DNA of 64,000 nt from the human T2T-CHM13v2.0 reference genome, Homo sapiens. The notes beneath the pieces were generated by a model. The model made no database searches, was not told the origin of the DNA, and saw nothing but the letters and a program-made list of their open reading frames with translations. The stretch is taken from NCBI RefSeq assembly GCF_009914755.1, contig NC_060941.1; one strand, written 5' to 3'. A program made the translations under genes and the position numbers. Of the stretch, positions 21,938 through 37,150 are shown one piece after another (position 1 is the stretch's first letter; every line of letters starts with the position of its first letter).

Positions 21938-22972
21938 CTATAAACATCCTCTATTCGTTTTCAGCTCATATAAATGTTTCTTTTTTCTAGATCCTCAAAG
22001 GAGCAAAGGCTCAAGATTTCTATCTCATCACATAAAGAAAAAAATGAGGGAATGGAAGGGATTTATAAATACCAGAGACTATAACTCTGTGACTATAAAA
22101 CAGTGACAAATTCTGACAAAGTGCTACTTAGAATCCTCTACGATCGGGTGGTACTCAGAGGTCCATGGGCCAGCAGCATCAGCACCAGCTGGGAGTTTAT
22201 TAGAAATGCAGAATTTTGGGCCATGCCACAGGCTACTAAATCAAAATCTGCATTTAACAAGATCCCCAGGTGATTCATATCACAATATAGCATGCTTCCT
22301 AGTCCGATGTCCAAGATTCATAGTTAAATTTTCACTTAATTCACATTTAAGGCAGAGAAAATTATTTTTAAAACTCTGGGAATTTCTCATAAGAAAATAA
22401 GAATAGTGTTTTCTAGAATGGTTTTATCTCCTAACATATTGTTTCTTATGTACGCACTATTAATGCATCCTTTTAAGTGAGTAATCAGTTGTGGTATCTT
22501 TATCACTTAGACATTTGATGCTGTCCTAAGGTAAATACCAGTGTGGGAAAAAAAAACCACAGTCTTATCTCTTACTTCTGCTGGTCTAGAGGTGGGATCA
22601 GTAGCATGCATGTGAAGTTTCAGATTGCGCTAAATGAACTCATGTCAACTTCTTTCAGCATCATTGTTAGTGACAGTTTTGAGGACATGGTGATAAAATA
22701 AGGAAATCTATTGAGTCAGCAGTGCAAAGTGAAATGCAGAAAGTGCAACAGAAAGTGTGAATCCGGAAAGTTAATTCCTGTGTACGTGTGTTTTGATTGC
22801 CATTCATATGTCAAACCCTGAACTATAAGTCCTGAGTTACATGAATAATAACCTCTCAGCAAATTGACTAGAAGTAACAATTGAAATATATTTCAATATA
22901 TTTTAAACGCATGTTGAACAAGAAGCCCTGGAAGAGGAAGATCAAAACTACTTTGTTTACTCTGCCTCTTCC

Positions 22973-23178
22973 AGGGCTTCTCAACTTTGATACTATTGAC
23001 AAGTTGTAGGAGGTGGACCTGTGCGTTGTAGGATGTTAGTAGCATCCCTGGCCTTTCCTCTCAGTGGCACCCCCTTCCCCTGAGATGTGACAATCAAACA
23101 TATCTACAGACATTGCAGAATGTCCCCTGGAGGGGCAGGGGGGTGGAATTGCCCCCAAGTTGAGAATTTCTGCCCTAG
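22973..23178. mobile_element. MER20-like hAT DNA transposon
   Basis: cagggcttctcaac..gttgtaggatgttagtagcatccctggcc..cagacattgc..aatgtcccctgg..gttgagaa. Confidence 0.7.
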
Positions 23179-23415
23179 GCAGTGCCTATCATGGCCCCTG
23201 CCTCCCATCCTGGCAATACAGTCACTCTTCCTGGTGACCCAACAGCAGAACCAATGTCATTGTCCTCCTTTCCAGAGCTCTGTGCTCCAAAGGTGGGGTG
23301 TGCTCCTACCCATGTCACTTCACCCTCATCATGCTTATCATCCACCTTTCTTAATCATAACCTTCATCATTATGTGAAACTGGGGACAAATGATCTCTTT
23401 CAAATGACTGGCATA

Positions 23416-24076
23416 TAGAGTTGATCCTCATCCTTTGAGGATTTCATATTTGTGAATTCATCTAGTTGCCAGAATTTATTCATAACCTCCAAATCAATAC
23501 TTGCACACTTCTGTGATCATCTGAGGACATGTGCAAGATGGAGAAGAATTTGAGTGAACAAACCTGCATGTTCTCAGCTTAGGTCAAACAAGGTGGCATT
23601 TGGCCTTCTTGTTTTGGCTCTCATGGTATAAACACGTGTCCTTTTTGTGGTCTATTTAGTACTACTTTTTTTTTTTTTTTTGCATTTTTGTGCATTTTGT
23701 TGGTGACTTACAAATGGCTCCCAAGTGTAGTGCTGAAGCTCTGCCCAGTGTCCCTAAGTGCAAGAAGGCTGTGATGTGTCTTGTGGAGGAAATACATATG
23801 TTAGACAAGCTACATTCAGGCATGGGTTACAGTGCTATTGGCCACGAGTTCAATGTTAATAAATAAACAATATATAACTGTCTTTAAATAATCAGGTGTC
23901 TTTAAATAGAAACACACATGAAACAAAGTTATGTATTGGTCAGGTGATGAAAATGTGACCAGAGGCTCACAGGAACCGAACCCTGTATTTCCCCTAGGAG
24001 CAATGGCTCTGTATTCACTAATTCAGCATCCACAGTAATTTTATAGAACTACTGCAAATAATGATAATTGACTGTA
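23416..24076. mobile_element. Tigger-family DNA transposon (MER82-like)
   Basis: Terminal repeats ta gagttgatcctcat... / ...aataatgataattgactg ta with TA flanks. Confidence 0.65.
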
Positions 24077-24720
24077 TTCATGTGGGAAAGCCCACTTGAA
24101 GGATATATAAAAAGCTGGTAACACCAGTGACTCCAAAAAACAGAATTAGGTGGCTGAGGGACGGGGTGGGAGGGGACTCTTTACTATAATTCCTTTTTTG
24201 TTTTGGGCTACACAAGTGTAGCCATCAAAAAATTAAACTTAAAAAACAAATGCAAATAATAAAATGAAAAAAAAACAATTTAATCATGTTTGTCTTTAAT
24301 CTCAGGAAAACAAAGTAACGCCTATCAAAAATCCAATGTATCAAATGACACCCAAATGCCCTCCCTGGTCTTCTAGACCTTCCACAAGCTGTTCTCATGC
24401 TCTGTCTGCTCAGCTCTGCTTCTCACCACCCGCTTCATGAGTGTATCTGGTTATCCCTCTGGATTACCCCTTGCCCTGCAAAGTACTCAGTAACTCAGTT
24501 ACTTTGGTGTTGATTACTTCACATGTCTCAACAGAAACACCTTTCTTCTCTCTACCTAGCAACATTCTGCTTTTTCTTCAAAATCTTTAAATATTTTCCT
24601 GACCATCCCACTCTAAGGGACCTTTCTCTTCGGCTTGCTGGAACTCATTAGAGTTTGTTATAACTTACCATTGTAGCCAACTGACTTTGTTGGTTGTGTT
24701 TAAGTTTTGAGTCTCCCTAA

Positions 24721-25130
<410 letters not shown>

Positions 25131-25769
25131 GCAGCCTGTCTTTCTAAATGTATTCCTGTCCAGTTAGGTAAAAGTGAAGCTGCCTAGGTAATTAAGTTTT
25201 AAGAGTAGTATGAAGATGTTGGTTGGAGACCTGAAAAAGACATGCAATTGCTCTTCAAAATGAGCGAAAGTAGAATTGTGCCATTTGTGAGGAGGCGATC
25301 CAGAAACCAGATTTTTATCTCAAACGAGTCACAAAATGGGAAGGGATCCAAGTGTCGATTTGTTGAATTCCTGCTGGGCTACACACTGTCTGTAGCACCT
25401 AGTATACCTCATTTTATTTACATGAGCCTATCAGGTAGCTTTAATGAATTCCATTTTATAGGTGAACAAATGGAAGTTTAGTCACTAGCATATGTGTTAT
25501 GCAGCTGGTAATTGCAGAATCGGGATAAGAGGCCAGGTCTAAAGGCCTATCATGTTGGGTTGTCCCCAAACAGAACACATAATAAACATTTTGAACAAAT
25601 ATAAGTTATTTGCTGTAAATTCACAGGATTACACCTCTGGGTAAAATACAGGGCAAGAATGTTTTGAGATGGCCCCAGCCAAGCATTGTACATCTATGAT
25701 ATGCTGCAAGGGAGGAGGAAACAGAACGAAGAACTTTGCCCTCCTTCAAGGCAACTAGTATCAGCTAGT

Positions 25770-26445
<676 letters not shown>

Positions 26446-26548
26446 CTCAGAACAGGCAATTCATTGAAAAGGAAAAACAAATAGCCAATAAACATATGCA
26501 AAGATGTTCAACCACTTTTAGGGAAATACAATGGAAAGTAACAATGAG

Positions 26549-27012
<464 letters not shown>

Positions 27013-27254
27013 AAAGTAACAATGAGATACACTTTTTAATCTTTCAGACTGGCAAAACTTGAAATGATCGATAATATCCAGTGTGACAGTAGGAGACAGG
27101 AAAACATTTTATATACGACTAGTGGAGGGGTAAACCACCACCACTATAACAACCTTAGAGAGAATTTGTCAGTTGAATTACAGATTACACATATGTATAT
27201 CCCAGGACCAGGCAATTCCCTCCTTGGCCTCCCTGCTAAAGAAACACTTATACC

Positions 27255-27545
<291 letters not shown>

Positions 27546-29340
27546 ACATGCACGCACACACTTGTACTAGTGCATAAAATGATGAATAAAAGATATTCAT
27601 ATGCATCATGCTGTTTTTGCAGTGGGAAACAGCCCAAGTGTCCATCACTAGAGGAATGCCTGAGTATACTGAGGCCAGCCTTACTATAGAGTCCAAGCAG
27701 CAAGTGACAAGGATGAGGTGGCTCTACATGTGCACGTGTAGAACTGCCCCCAAGACCTTGTGAAATGCAAAGGCAAGTTGCACACACATGGATCAAATAC
27801 AATTTATGGTCTACGTGAAATGTGGTGGGGGAAACATCCGGAATGGAGGTGTGGACAAAGAGACTTCAGCCTTATCTATAATTTTAAAATTTCTGCTAAG
27901 ATTATTATCCAAGAATTTTTTGAGCAATAAAAAATAATTTTGGGGTGTGAAAAAAATTTCTGTGGAAATAATATACTAGATTGATGATATATTATGGTAT
28001 ACTTAATAATTTTTGGTCATGAAGCTCTGAGAATCTGACAAAAGTTTCCCCTCCCCCACAAAGGCACAATATGTTTGTTCAATTTGAAGGAATTTCTAGA
28101 TAACCTGAAGCCCATTCATAGACCCCTTAGGGCTTCCTGACCCCAGGTTGAGAGCTTCTGGGCTGCTCAGCCTTCAAGGGTTCTAAGTGGTTTTACTCTT
28201 CTGTCCTGGGCTCCATGACCCCTTCTTTGTCGTATGTGTCTCAGAGGAGTCATAACATCTGACAGCTATTTTTATGAGCATCAGCAGCTCTTCTCCTGCA
28301 GATTAAATTTCACCAGAAGGTAGATTTTCGCTGACATCTTAATACTTGGAAAGGAGCAGATGATCCTTGAGGAGTGAGTGAATATAGCATATGGTTTGCT
28401 GAGCTGCAAACAGAAGCTGATCTATGTCAAGGAAGCTTCAAGTGTTACACATGTGCTCTTAGGCATCATCAGGTTCTGTTTTTAAGTTCTGCAGTGTCAT
28501 TCTCCCCATGCACACAGACCCTTTTCAGTGTTTTCCACTTGGCTTATATATTAAAAGAAGAAGAAAATAGCAAGAAAAGATTATCTTTCCACTGTTAGAT
28601 TTTTAATCGATATTCTGTTATTCCAAAATGGTGGCAGAACAAAGGTTTTTATTTGCCTTATTTTCGTCTACTTTAAACTGTCTTAAATGGCAAAGCCAGT
28701 TCTCATAAAAGTGAAACTCCTTGGTAATCTACTTTTTATTAAGTCCCAGAGCTGCCAATAGATTTATGGTTCTTAGGTAGTAAGTCTGATTAAATGTGAT
28801 GTGCCTGCCATTTCCATGGATGCCTTGCACACACTGTCGACCTCATCTCTCTGTGCCCACCCAGGACCTCATTGCTGCTCACCCTGTAGCAGGTTTGAGA
28901 GAGCTCTGGACAAGTTGACTACAGGTGGATTTATTTCTCCTTTCTCTAGCCTCCCATGGATGCACTTACATTCTAAGTAGGAAAAGACAGGTCTAAATAT
29001 TATATGTTATCTGAGAAATTTGGATGGTCATTCCTTTAAAAAAAAACACCATGGATTTTATTCAGTAGGGATGCAACTGGATATTCTTGAGTCTTTTCCC
29101 ATCTGGAATAATAATTTCTGCAGCTGGCATTGAAGCCTGCCCCTTCATGAGCTGGTCCAACCTCTCTTTACAGGTTCATCTCTCATTGCTTTCTCCCATA
29201 AACTATTGCTCCCAGCCACACTGGCATCCTTTCCCTTATGAAAATCCCTTTCTTCTTCTGAGTCTTTACTCATGCTCTGCTAACTTGCCCTCATATGGCC
29301 CCTACCAGTTCATTTATTTTATTCGCTATCATCCAGATCC

Positions 29341-29389
29341 AAATCTAGATTTTTCAGAAATTTCTGACATTTCTGAAAAATCTAGATTT
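29341..29389. repeat. Perfect 21-bp inverted repeat with 7-nt loop
   Basis: aaatctagatttttcagaaat-ttctgac-atttctgaaaaatctagattt. Confidence 0.95.
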
Positions 29390-30851
29390 TCATTCGCAAG
29401 TCAACCCCATCAACAGTGCTGAGTCTCCTTTGCATGTTTGCAAAACCTTGTCTGTTGTGCTCATAAGGTACTTCTCTATGAAAGGTGGTATTGTACCTGC
29501 CCTCAGTATATGTATGTTGAGCACTTACTATATTCCAGGCATTCTTCAGGTTCCGGTGATATGAACAAGTTTTGTTCTCATGGAGCTTGTCTTCAAATAT
29601 GTGAGGCAGGTCAAATAAGTACTGTACACAAATTCAATGATTCCAAAGAGTGAAGAAAATGAAGCAAGATGATGTGATAAAGCGACTAAGGAGGAGAGAG
29701 GCTGCTCAGTGAAGATCTCTTGAGAAGAACACATTTGACTTGAAATGTGTATGATAGAAGGTGTCAGTCATGCAAAAATGAGGGGAAAGAGCCTTCCAGG
29801 TAGAAGGAACAGCAAGTGCAGAGGCCCTGGGGTAGGAAGGAGCTTGGCATGTGGGTGATCATAGGTTTCCTAGATGGCAAAGGATTTTTTTAAAAGATGT
29901 CTGTATTTCTCTTACATCATCTAGCACATAATAAAGCAATCAGCTGCAAGACTCTTAGCTCCATAAGGATAGCTTTCATGCCTGTCTTCCTTCCATGACC
30001 CAGCCCAGTAATAGCACTTATAGGCACTCAAATTGATGAATGTGTGGATGGATTTTCACTGAGTAACTGAATGCCTTATCTCTGATCCGACAGCAGTTTT
30101 GCAGCAGAACCAGAATGGACAAAATAACTCCATCATCTCCTACATGCTAGTCTGTGCTGAGCCAGCTTCTCTCAAATATCTGTCTCCATGGTTTGGTGTC
30201 ACCATTCATTGAATGAAGTAAGAACAGGGCACTTCCCTTCCGGAGGAACGTTGTACAGTTAAGTGCAATCGCATATAGGAAATGGTTGGAACTTTTGGAA
30301 GCAGCTCAGTAATTTCAGACAATTCCTACAGCATGGCTCAGCAGGCAGGAAGCCAGAAGTCATTGTATATTAAACTTTACCCATGCAACAGTGGGAATGC
30401 AGTGTGACCAGTCCCTGTCCTCGCCACTGTGGGATTTCCAAGGCTGGCACCTCTTTTAAGCTTTTGGAATGTAGATAAAGCATTCCATCATGTTAGCGGG
30501 CCCTCTTTTACCTCTCCTGCTGCCGAGTTTATTGTTGTACTAATTCCAGGGCTCCCATCTGGCTCTTCTCTTGCATTCTCCCATGGAGAAGCCTGTGTTA
30601 AACTCATTCAAAGTAATCCCTACTGGCATGGTGTTTTTAGCGTATGGAAGAGACTGTCCATTCATAGAAGCAATAATGTGGTAAGATCACTTTTCAAGAG
30701 TATCAGTTTTAATAAAGAATAGAATCAAAAGGTTTCTTAAAGTCATGAACCTCCACAAAACATCCCCACCTCCTCAAAACAAAAAAGAGAGTTGAAACTT
30801 CATGCCTACTTTGGTTTTCAGTGGCAACGAAAGAAGCTTAAAACTACTGTA

Positions 30852-31155
<304 letters not shown>

Positions 31156-33499
31156 TACTTTTTTTTTTGAAATGTTTACATTTTTGAAATGTTTAATTTC
31201 TTCTTTCAGTGTTATGGCAGTGGATTAGAATATGGAATTATTAAAGAGTAAAGATTGGGACCGCCGTGTTCAAATAGAGAAACTGAGGCCAATATGGAAA
31301 AAGCACTGCGATGCTCTCCTTCCAATGAAACCAAGACAAACCAGTTCACCCTACGAAGAGGCCAAATTTTTCCTAAACAGCAAAAAGTAGATGCTTTGCA
31401 AGTGATAGTTCCTAAAAAGGATCCTCATTCTCAGCACTCTGCTGCTGTTAGCACTGCTGATGGCAGTCCAGAGCTGAATACATGTGCAGAGAACTTCCAT
31501 TTGTTAACAACCAGTCAGGGAACTTCAGAGCTAAGTTTTATTTTTGCCCAACAGCATTTATTAACACAACCCTGTTGTTTTTACCAATTGAATTTAAGTG
31601 TCAGGTCCATCCATGACCTGGTGGTGGCCAGAGTTTCATATTGTGTGTACAATAATATGTAGCTGATGAAGGTGGGAAGAAGAGTTGGGATGAAATGGTA
31701 GGGTCCACACCTTCTGGCTTATCCCGTTACCACCTCACAATTACTATCTGAGTGGGCAATGCTTCAGATAGAGTTTGAGCTTAGACAGACATGTTAGTGA
31801 TGGACCTAATCATTTGACACACCTGTTTGCCAATTGAATTGGAGTCCAGTTTGGGGGCTAAATTCCCCAAATATTTCCTGCTTCACAAGTCACACCCCCA
31901 AAGCACTGGCCAGTCGGTAACATCAGAGGGTCTCCTACATCCCAGGACCCACGGTCCAGATGGCTTCTACGCCAGGCAACCAACGGACCGTTGTGCAAAC
32001 ACAGTCTGTGGTTTCTCTGGCTGGTGTAGAACCCAGTCTGGAATGAACTGGGAAGTCTCTCATAGCTACATGGGGGCACATTAGGAAGGAGTATTATTTG
32101 CCAAGCAGTTAAAATAGAACTCATTGCTATTTGGTTTCTACTAATTTCCAGAATAAGTGATATCCTGTCTTTTTCACGTGGTCCCAAAAAGAAATATTTG
32201 ACTATTGGAAGTCAATAGACGGGGAAAGTCTCCTTAAATCCTTCTGAATAAAAATCTTCCTATTAAATCCTACGTGTCACCATAGCCAGTTTTCATGACA
32301 AACCTTCCATCTTGGACCACATAAAAATTCAGTTAGGAGGTTCCAATCTAATGCTAAATGTTTGCTCAATGCACTTACACTGGTTTTAATTTAGCTTTCC
32401 CCGTTTATTATTTCATGCTTTGGGTAGTGTGACTCTGAGCCAATTGCTGTGAGCCATAGACTCTGCAAATGCAAACTAAATCCTATGCTACCATTCATCT
32501 CGAAAGTCCTCATTATACTTCCTAATTAAAGCTCATTTTACACATTCACTCATACAATAGATAGGACAATAGATATTTTGAGCCTCCAAGATGCATTTAG
32601 TATGATAGGACTGGTACTTAATCACTATGAAAGTGAGTAAGATAAGGTAGACAACTGTTGCCCCCACAGAGTCTAGTGGGAAGGACTCATGAATAAAAAA
32701 GGTAGCAAACAGCAATATGTTAGGAGCTAGATTTGAGAGTGTCTCACAGTGTGGCAGGAACACAGTGGGGACACGAAAAGTAATTCTTGCAAGGGTAGGA
32801 AAGGTTTCCCTGAAGAGGAGACAACATTGCAATTTATTCTTGAAAGACGGATTTGTGGACAGGGAATGGAGAAAGAGCATTCCCAGAAGGTAGAACCACA
32901 TGAGCACCAGATACCACATGGAGTGGTAGGAAAGCTCGATAAGTCTGGAGAAGAGTCAGTGGTCCAGGGTGGCTGCTGTATAGGGTATGGCAGGGAGAGT
33001 GAACCCAGAAGAATCTGGAGAGATACGTAGAGGTGGGAGTCAAGGGTCTTCAGCTAATCCAGTTGTGGACACTATGAAACAGACGCAACTGACCAGTAAA
33101 ACCTAAAGGGCTCTCCCTCCCACTCATTGTTACAGCTATAACAACATTGAAACCCCAAGAGAGGGATGTAGGAAGGAAGAGTGTGGACCTTGGTGCATGG
33201 AAGACTTGAGTGACTTTCTGAGCTCCAAACCTTAATATTTGTGGTTTTAGCAAATTATTTACTCTCTCCAAACCTCAGTCCTCACTCAGGCTCATTATCT
33301 GTTAAATAGGGATAAGTATGGCACCTATGTCTTAAGTAGGAGCAAAAGGAGCAAGTAAAAGAATGTATGTGAAGGACTCAGTATTGTGACTGGCCCACGG
33401 TAAGTAATCAACAGATGCTGAGTTTGTAATAATACATGATTGATAATATCTGATGAATAACGTATGATTGATAATAACATTACCTTGGTCAGGGTCAGT

Positions 33500-33560
33500 A
33501 GAGAAACCCAGCATATCAGGTAGATCAGCTGAGGTCAGGTTTCCCCATCACTTGGTTTCT
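33500..33560. promoter_or_regulatory. E-box plus perfect MEF3 (Six1/4) composite site
   Basis: CAGCTG 33526-33531 directly followed by TCAGGTTTC 33535-33543; variant GAAACCCAG 33503. Confidence 0.5.
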
Positions 33561-35551
33561 GAGAATAGCCCCGGAGGGATTTGCAAGTTCAGCCCCATCC
33601 CTTGGCCAGATTTGCAATGTCAGGAGGACATGGCTGGCAGGCTCATTCTGTCCTCAGATTTCTTACCCCATGGGGATCAAGGAGGGAGAGCCCAAGCCTT
33701 GGATTATAAAGACATTCTTGCATCTCCCTGTGTAAAATGATAATGCCAAAGGATCCTGGCACCAGGCAAGGGCACGTGGCCCCCAGCCAAGGCTCCTTGT
33801 CCCCACATCGATTACTAGGTGCCTACTGATATTAGACCCTGGGGACTGTCTTGAAAGTCCTTGTTTCTTTCCCCTTAATGTCTTTGTTTATTTAATAGCT
33901 GCATTGTACAAGTGGGAATGGTGTGTATTTCTGTCTCCTGGCAGTGGTGGTTGACTTTAAAAAAAATGTTTTAATCCCAGCACTCTGGGAGGCCAAGGTG
34001 GGAGGATCGCTTGAGGCCAGGAGTCCAAGAGCAACCTAGGCAACATGGCGAGATCCTATCTCTACAAAAAAATTTTTTTGAAATTTAAAAATATTTTAAT
34101 GCACTTTATTTTTTAGAGCAACTTTAGGTTTATAGCAAAACTTAGTGGAAAGTACAGAGATTTCCCATATACTCCCTGCCTTCATACACAGCATAGCCTC
34201 CCCGACTATCAACATCCCACACCACGTGGTACATTTGTTATAGTCCATTGACACATCATTATCGCCCTTCGTCCGCAGTGTACACTAGGGTTCACTCTTG
34301 GTGTTGCACTTTCTATGGGAGTTGTTGACGTTTTACACCAGTAGTTGTCCTGCGGAAGCCTATCCAAATAGCTCGGGGCAAGGCTGGTGATGCTAATTTA
34401 TTTCCAAATAACCTGTTTTGGAGAAGGGGTTTAAGATTGAGCAGAAGTGCAAAAGAAAGAAATAAAGGCATGGAGGAAAGAAAAGAGAGAAAAGAGAAAA
34501 GACCATTCACTCACCCAGGCCAGTCCCACCCCCAGTCTCTGAAGCTCTTGGCAGGTGAAGGCTAACGCAGTTCTTGCCTAAGATGTTCACACTCTTCTCC
34601 TGTTCCCTAAATCTGCCTTACCACCCTCTTTCTGGAGTAATAGTGCTGCCTTTTCATCTTTTCCTTGCAGCTTTCTCCCTGCTCACCCTCCAGGTCTGCA
34701 TGGTGAGTGCCCACCCCCACCCCCAAACTGGTATAGGGCGAAGTTTTATTTTGAGATGGAAGTCTCAGGAAGGGACTGAGGCTCCTCTGGAGATATTTTT
34801 TTTTCATCACCTAAGATAACTTATTTTAATTGCTCTTGCAGTGTTCTTGTAAGGAATTCTAAGTAAGCTCCTGCTCTGACAGATGAAGCCTTCTGGGAGG
34901 TTGGCTGTCCCGGGAGCCCTGGGTGATGCTGAGATGTCCTTTCAAACAGGCACCCAAACAGCTGAAGGGCTCCAGTTACCCTAGAGGGGAGTGACATGGA
35001 CACTTCCTTTGCCAGTTGGAGAAAGAGAAGGAGGAGGGGGAGGGAGGTGGTGAAGAGAAGAACAGGAGGACAGTGACAGGAGGGTGGGGAGGAGTAAGGA
35101 AAACCAAAGGGGGACATGAAGAGCCACGGCAGTCCTGCAGGCTGGCGGAAGGGAGTGGAACATCCTTTCTCGGCCTGCACCCTCTGCTGTACTCTAGGGG
35201 ACCAGGATGGCACCCTTCTTTAAACCTCAGGGTATGAGTAGTGATTTAGCAACACAAATTACACCCCTCCTAAAGTGGCGCCATTCTGCCTGACTCCCCT
35301 GGGGGATCATTAAGCAACTGCTGTAAATGAAGCTAGCCACCTGTGTGCTAGCAAGTGGCATTTGTCCTAAATCTTTGATTCAGGATTTAAATATGTATTT
35401 TACCGAAGCCATGAATTAAAAGGCATGCCCATTTACATATTTTTATTTTACCTTGGTTTTACTCACTTGGATTTTCTATATATTTCTATGACAACTATGG
35501 ATTGCTTTGGTCATGAAAAAAATAATGATTTTTAATTATAAAAATTGAATT

Positions 35552-35900
35552 GGCCAGGTGCAGTGGCTCACGCCTGTAATCTCAGCACTTTGGGAGGCCA
35601 AGATGAGAAGATCGCTTGAGGCCAGGAGTTGGAGGCCAGCCTGGGCAACATAGCAAGACTCTATCTCTATAAAAAGCAGAAAAAAAATTAGTCAGGCGTG
35701 GTACCTTGTGCCTTTAATCCCAACTACTCAGGAGGCCGAGGCAGGAGGATCACTTGATCCCAGGAAGTTGAGACTGCAGTGAACCCCAAATGCACCATTG
35801 CACTCCAGCCTGGATGAGAGAGTGAGACTCTGTCTAAAAAATATAATTAATTATTAATAATTAATTATTATTAATTAATAATTATTAATAATTAAATATT
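35552..35900 (+). mobile_element. Alu with an AT-only palindromic tail
   Basis: Alu dimer, then ataattaattatt/aataattaattat. Confidence 0.88.
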
Positions 35901-36195
35901 TAACATCCAACAAAAAATTGAATTGGTTTGAAAAATTTTGCAAAACTATTTTAGACATTTTTTAAAGAAAGGGACCAAAAGATACATGTCCAATTGTTGA
36001 TCTAGGTTAACTTGGGGGTTGGGGTTGGAATTGAAATGAGAGATGCGATATAGTCTTCTTTAACTGTCTCTGTATTGCCTGACTTGTTAAATGAATACCT
36101 ATTACTTTTTTAACTTTTTAAGCAAATTCAAGAAAGAAAGAAAGTTAAAAGAATTATTTTGCGATGTGTTTTTAAAAAGCAAGGCTGTTTCATGA

Positions 36196-36486
<291 letters not shown>

Positions 36487-36919
36487 TAAGAAACATTGAG
36501 TTTTGCATTTGTCTCTCAATAGGAGAAGGCAGGCTTTTCTGTCATAATCAGATATTTCTACCCAAGGAATTCATGTATATATTTTTGACTCAGTGGCTTC
36601 AATGGCTTAAATAACTTTATTTTTCAACTATGAAGTTTCAAACTGACAGAAAAGTTTGAAAACATAATTTAATAAGTCTCCATGACCCACCATCTAGATT
36701 TAACAAATGTCATTTTTCATATTTGCTTCAGATCTTTAAAATAATTGCAATAATAAAATACTGTACTTATCTCCTGCCTTCATCCAGGAGCAACTGTCTC
36801 CCTAAAGTTGGTGTGTATCTTCCTGCCCAGTGCTTTACACTTTTATTATATGTGTTTATGTCCATAAGCACTAGGCACTATTGTTTTATATTTTAAAACT
36901 ATACCTAAATAGTATGGCA

Positions 36920-37150
36920 CTATACATATATACATATATATATTTTTATATATATTAAAAATATATATAAATATATATTTATTTTTTTATATTTTTATAT
37001 ATATTTTTATATTTTTAAATATATTTTTATATATAAAAATATATTTTATATATTTATATATAAACATTTATATTTATATATAATATATATATTTATATAT
37101 AAAAAATTTATATTTATATATATAATATATATATTTATATATATATTTTT
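36920..37150. repeat. AT-rich low-complexity (TA)n tract inside an old L1 fragment
   Basis: ~230 nt almost free of G/C. Confidence 0.9.

Noticed and set aside
22880-22897. 18-bp palindrome attgaaatatatttcaat
   Set aside because: AT-rich 9-bp arms are expected roughly once by chance in a window this size
31255-31662. 135-aa plus-strand ORF in apparently unique DNA
   Set aside because: Starts at TTG, shows no recognisable domain or exon structure, and is within chance length for 64 kb; Ribo-seq or PhyloCSF support would be needed
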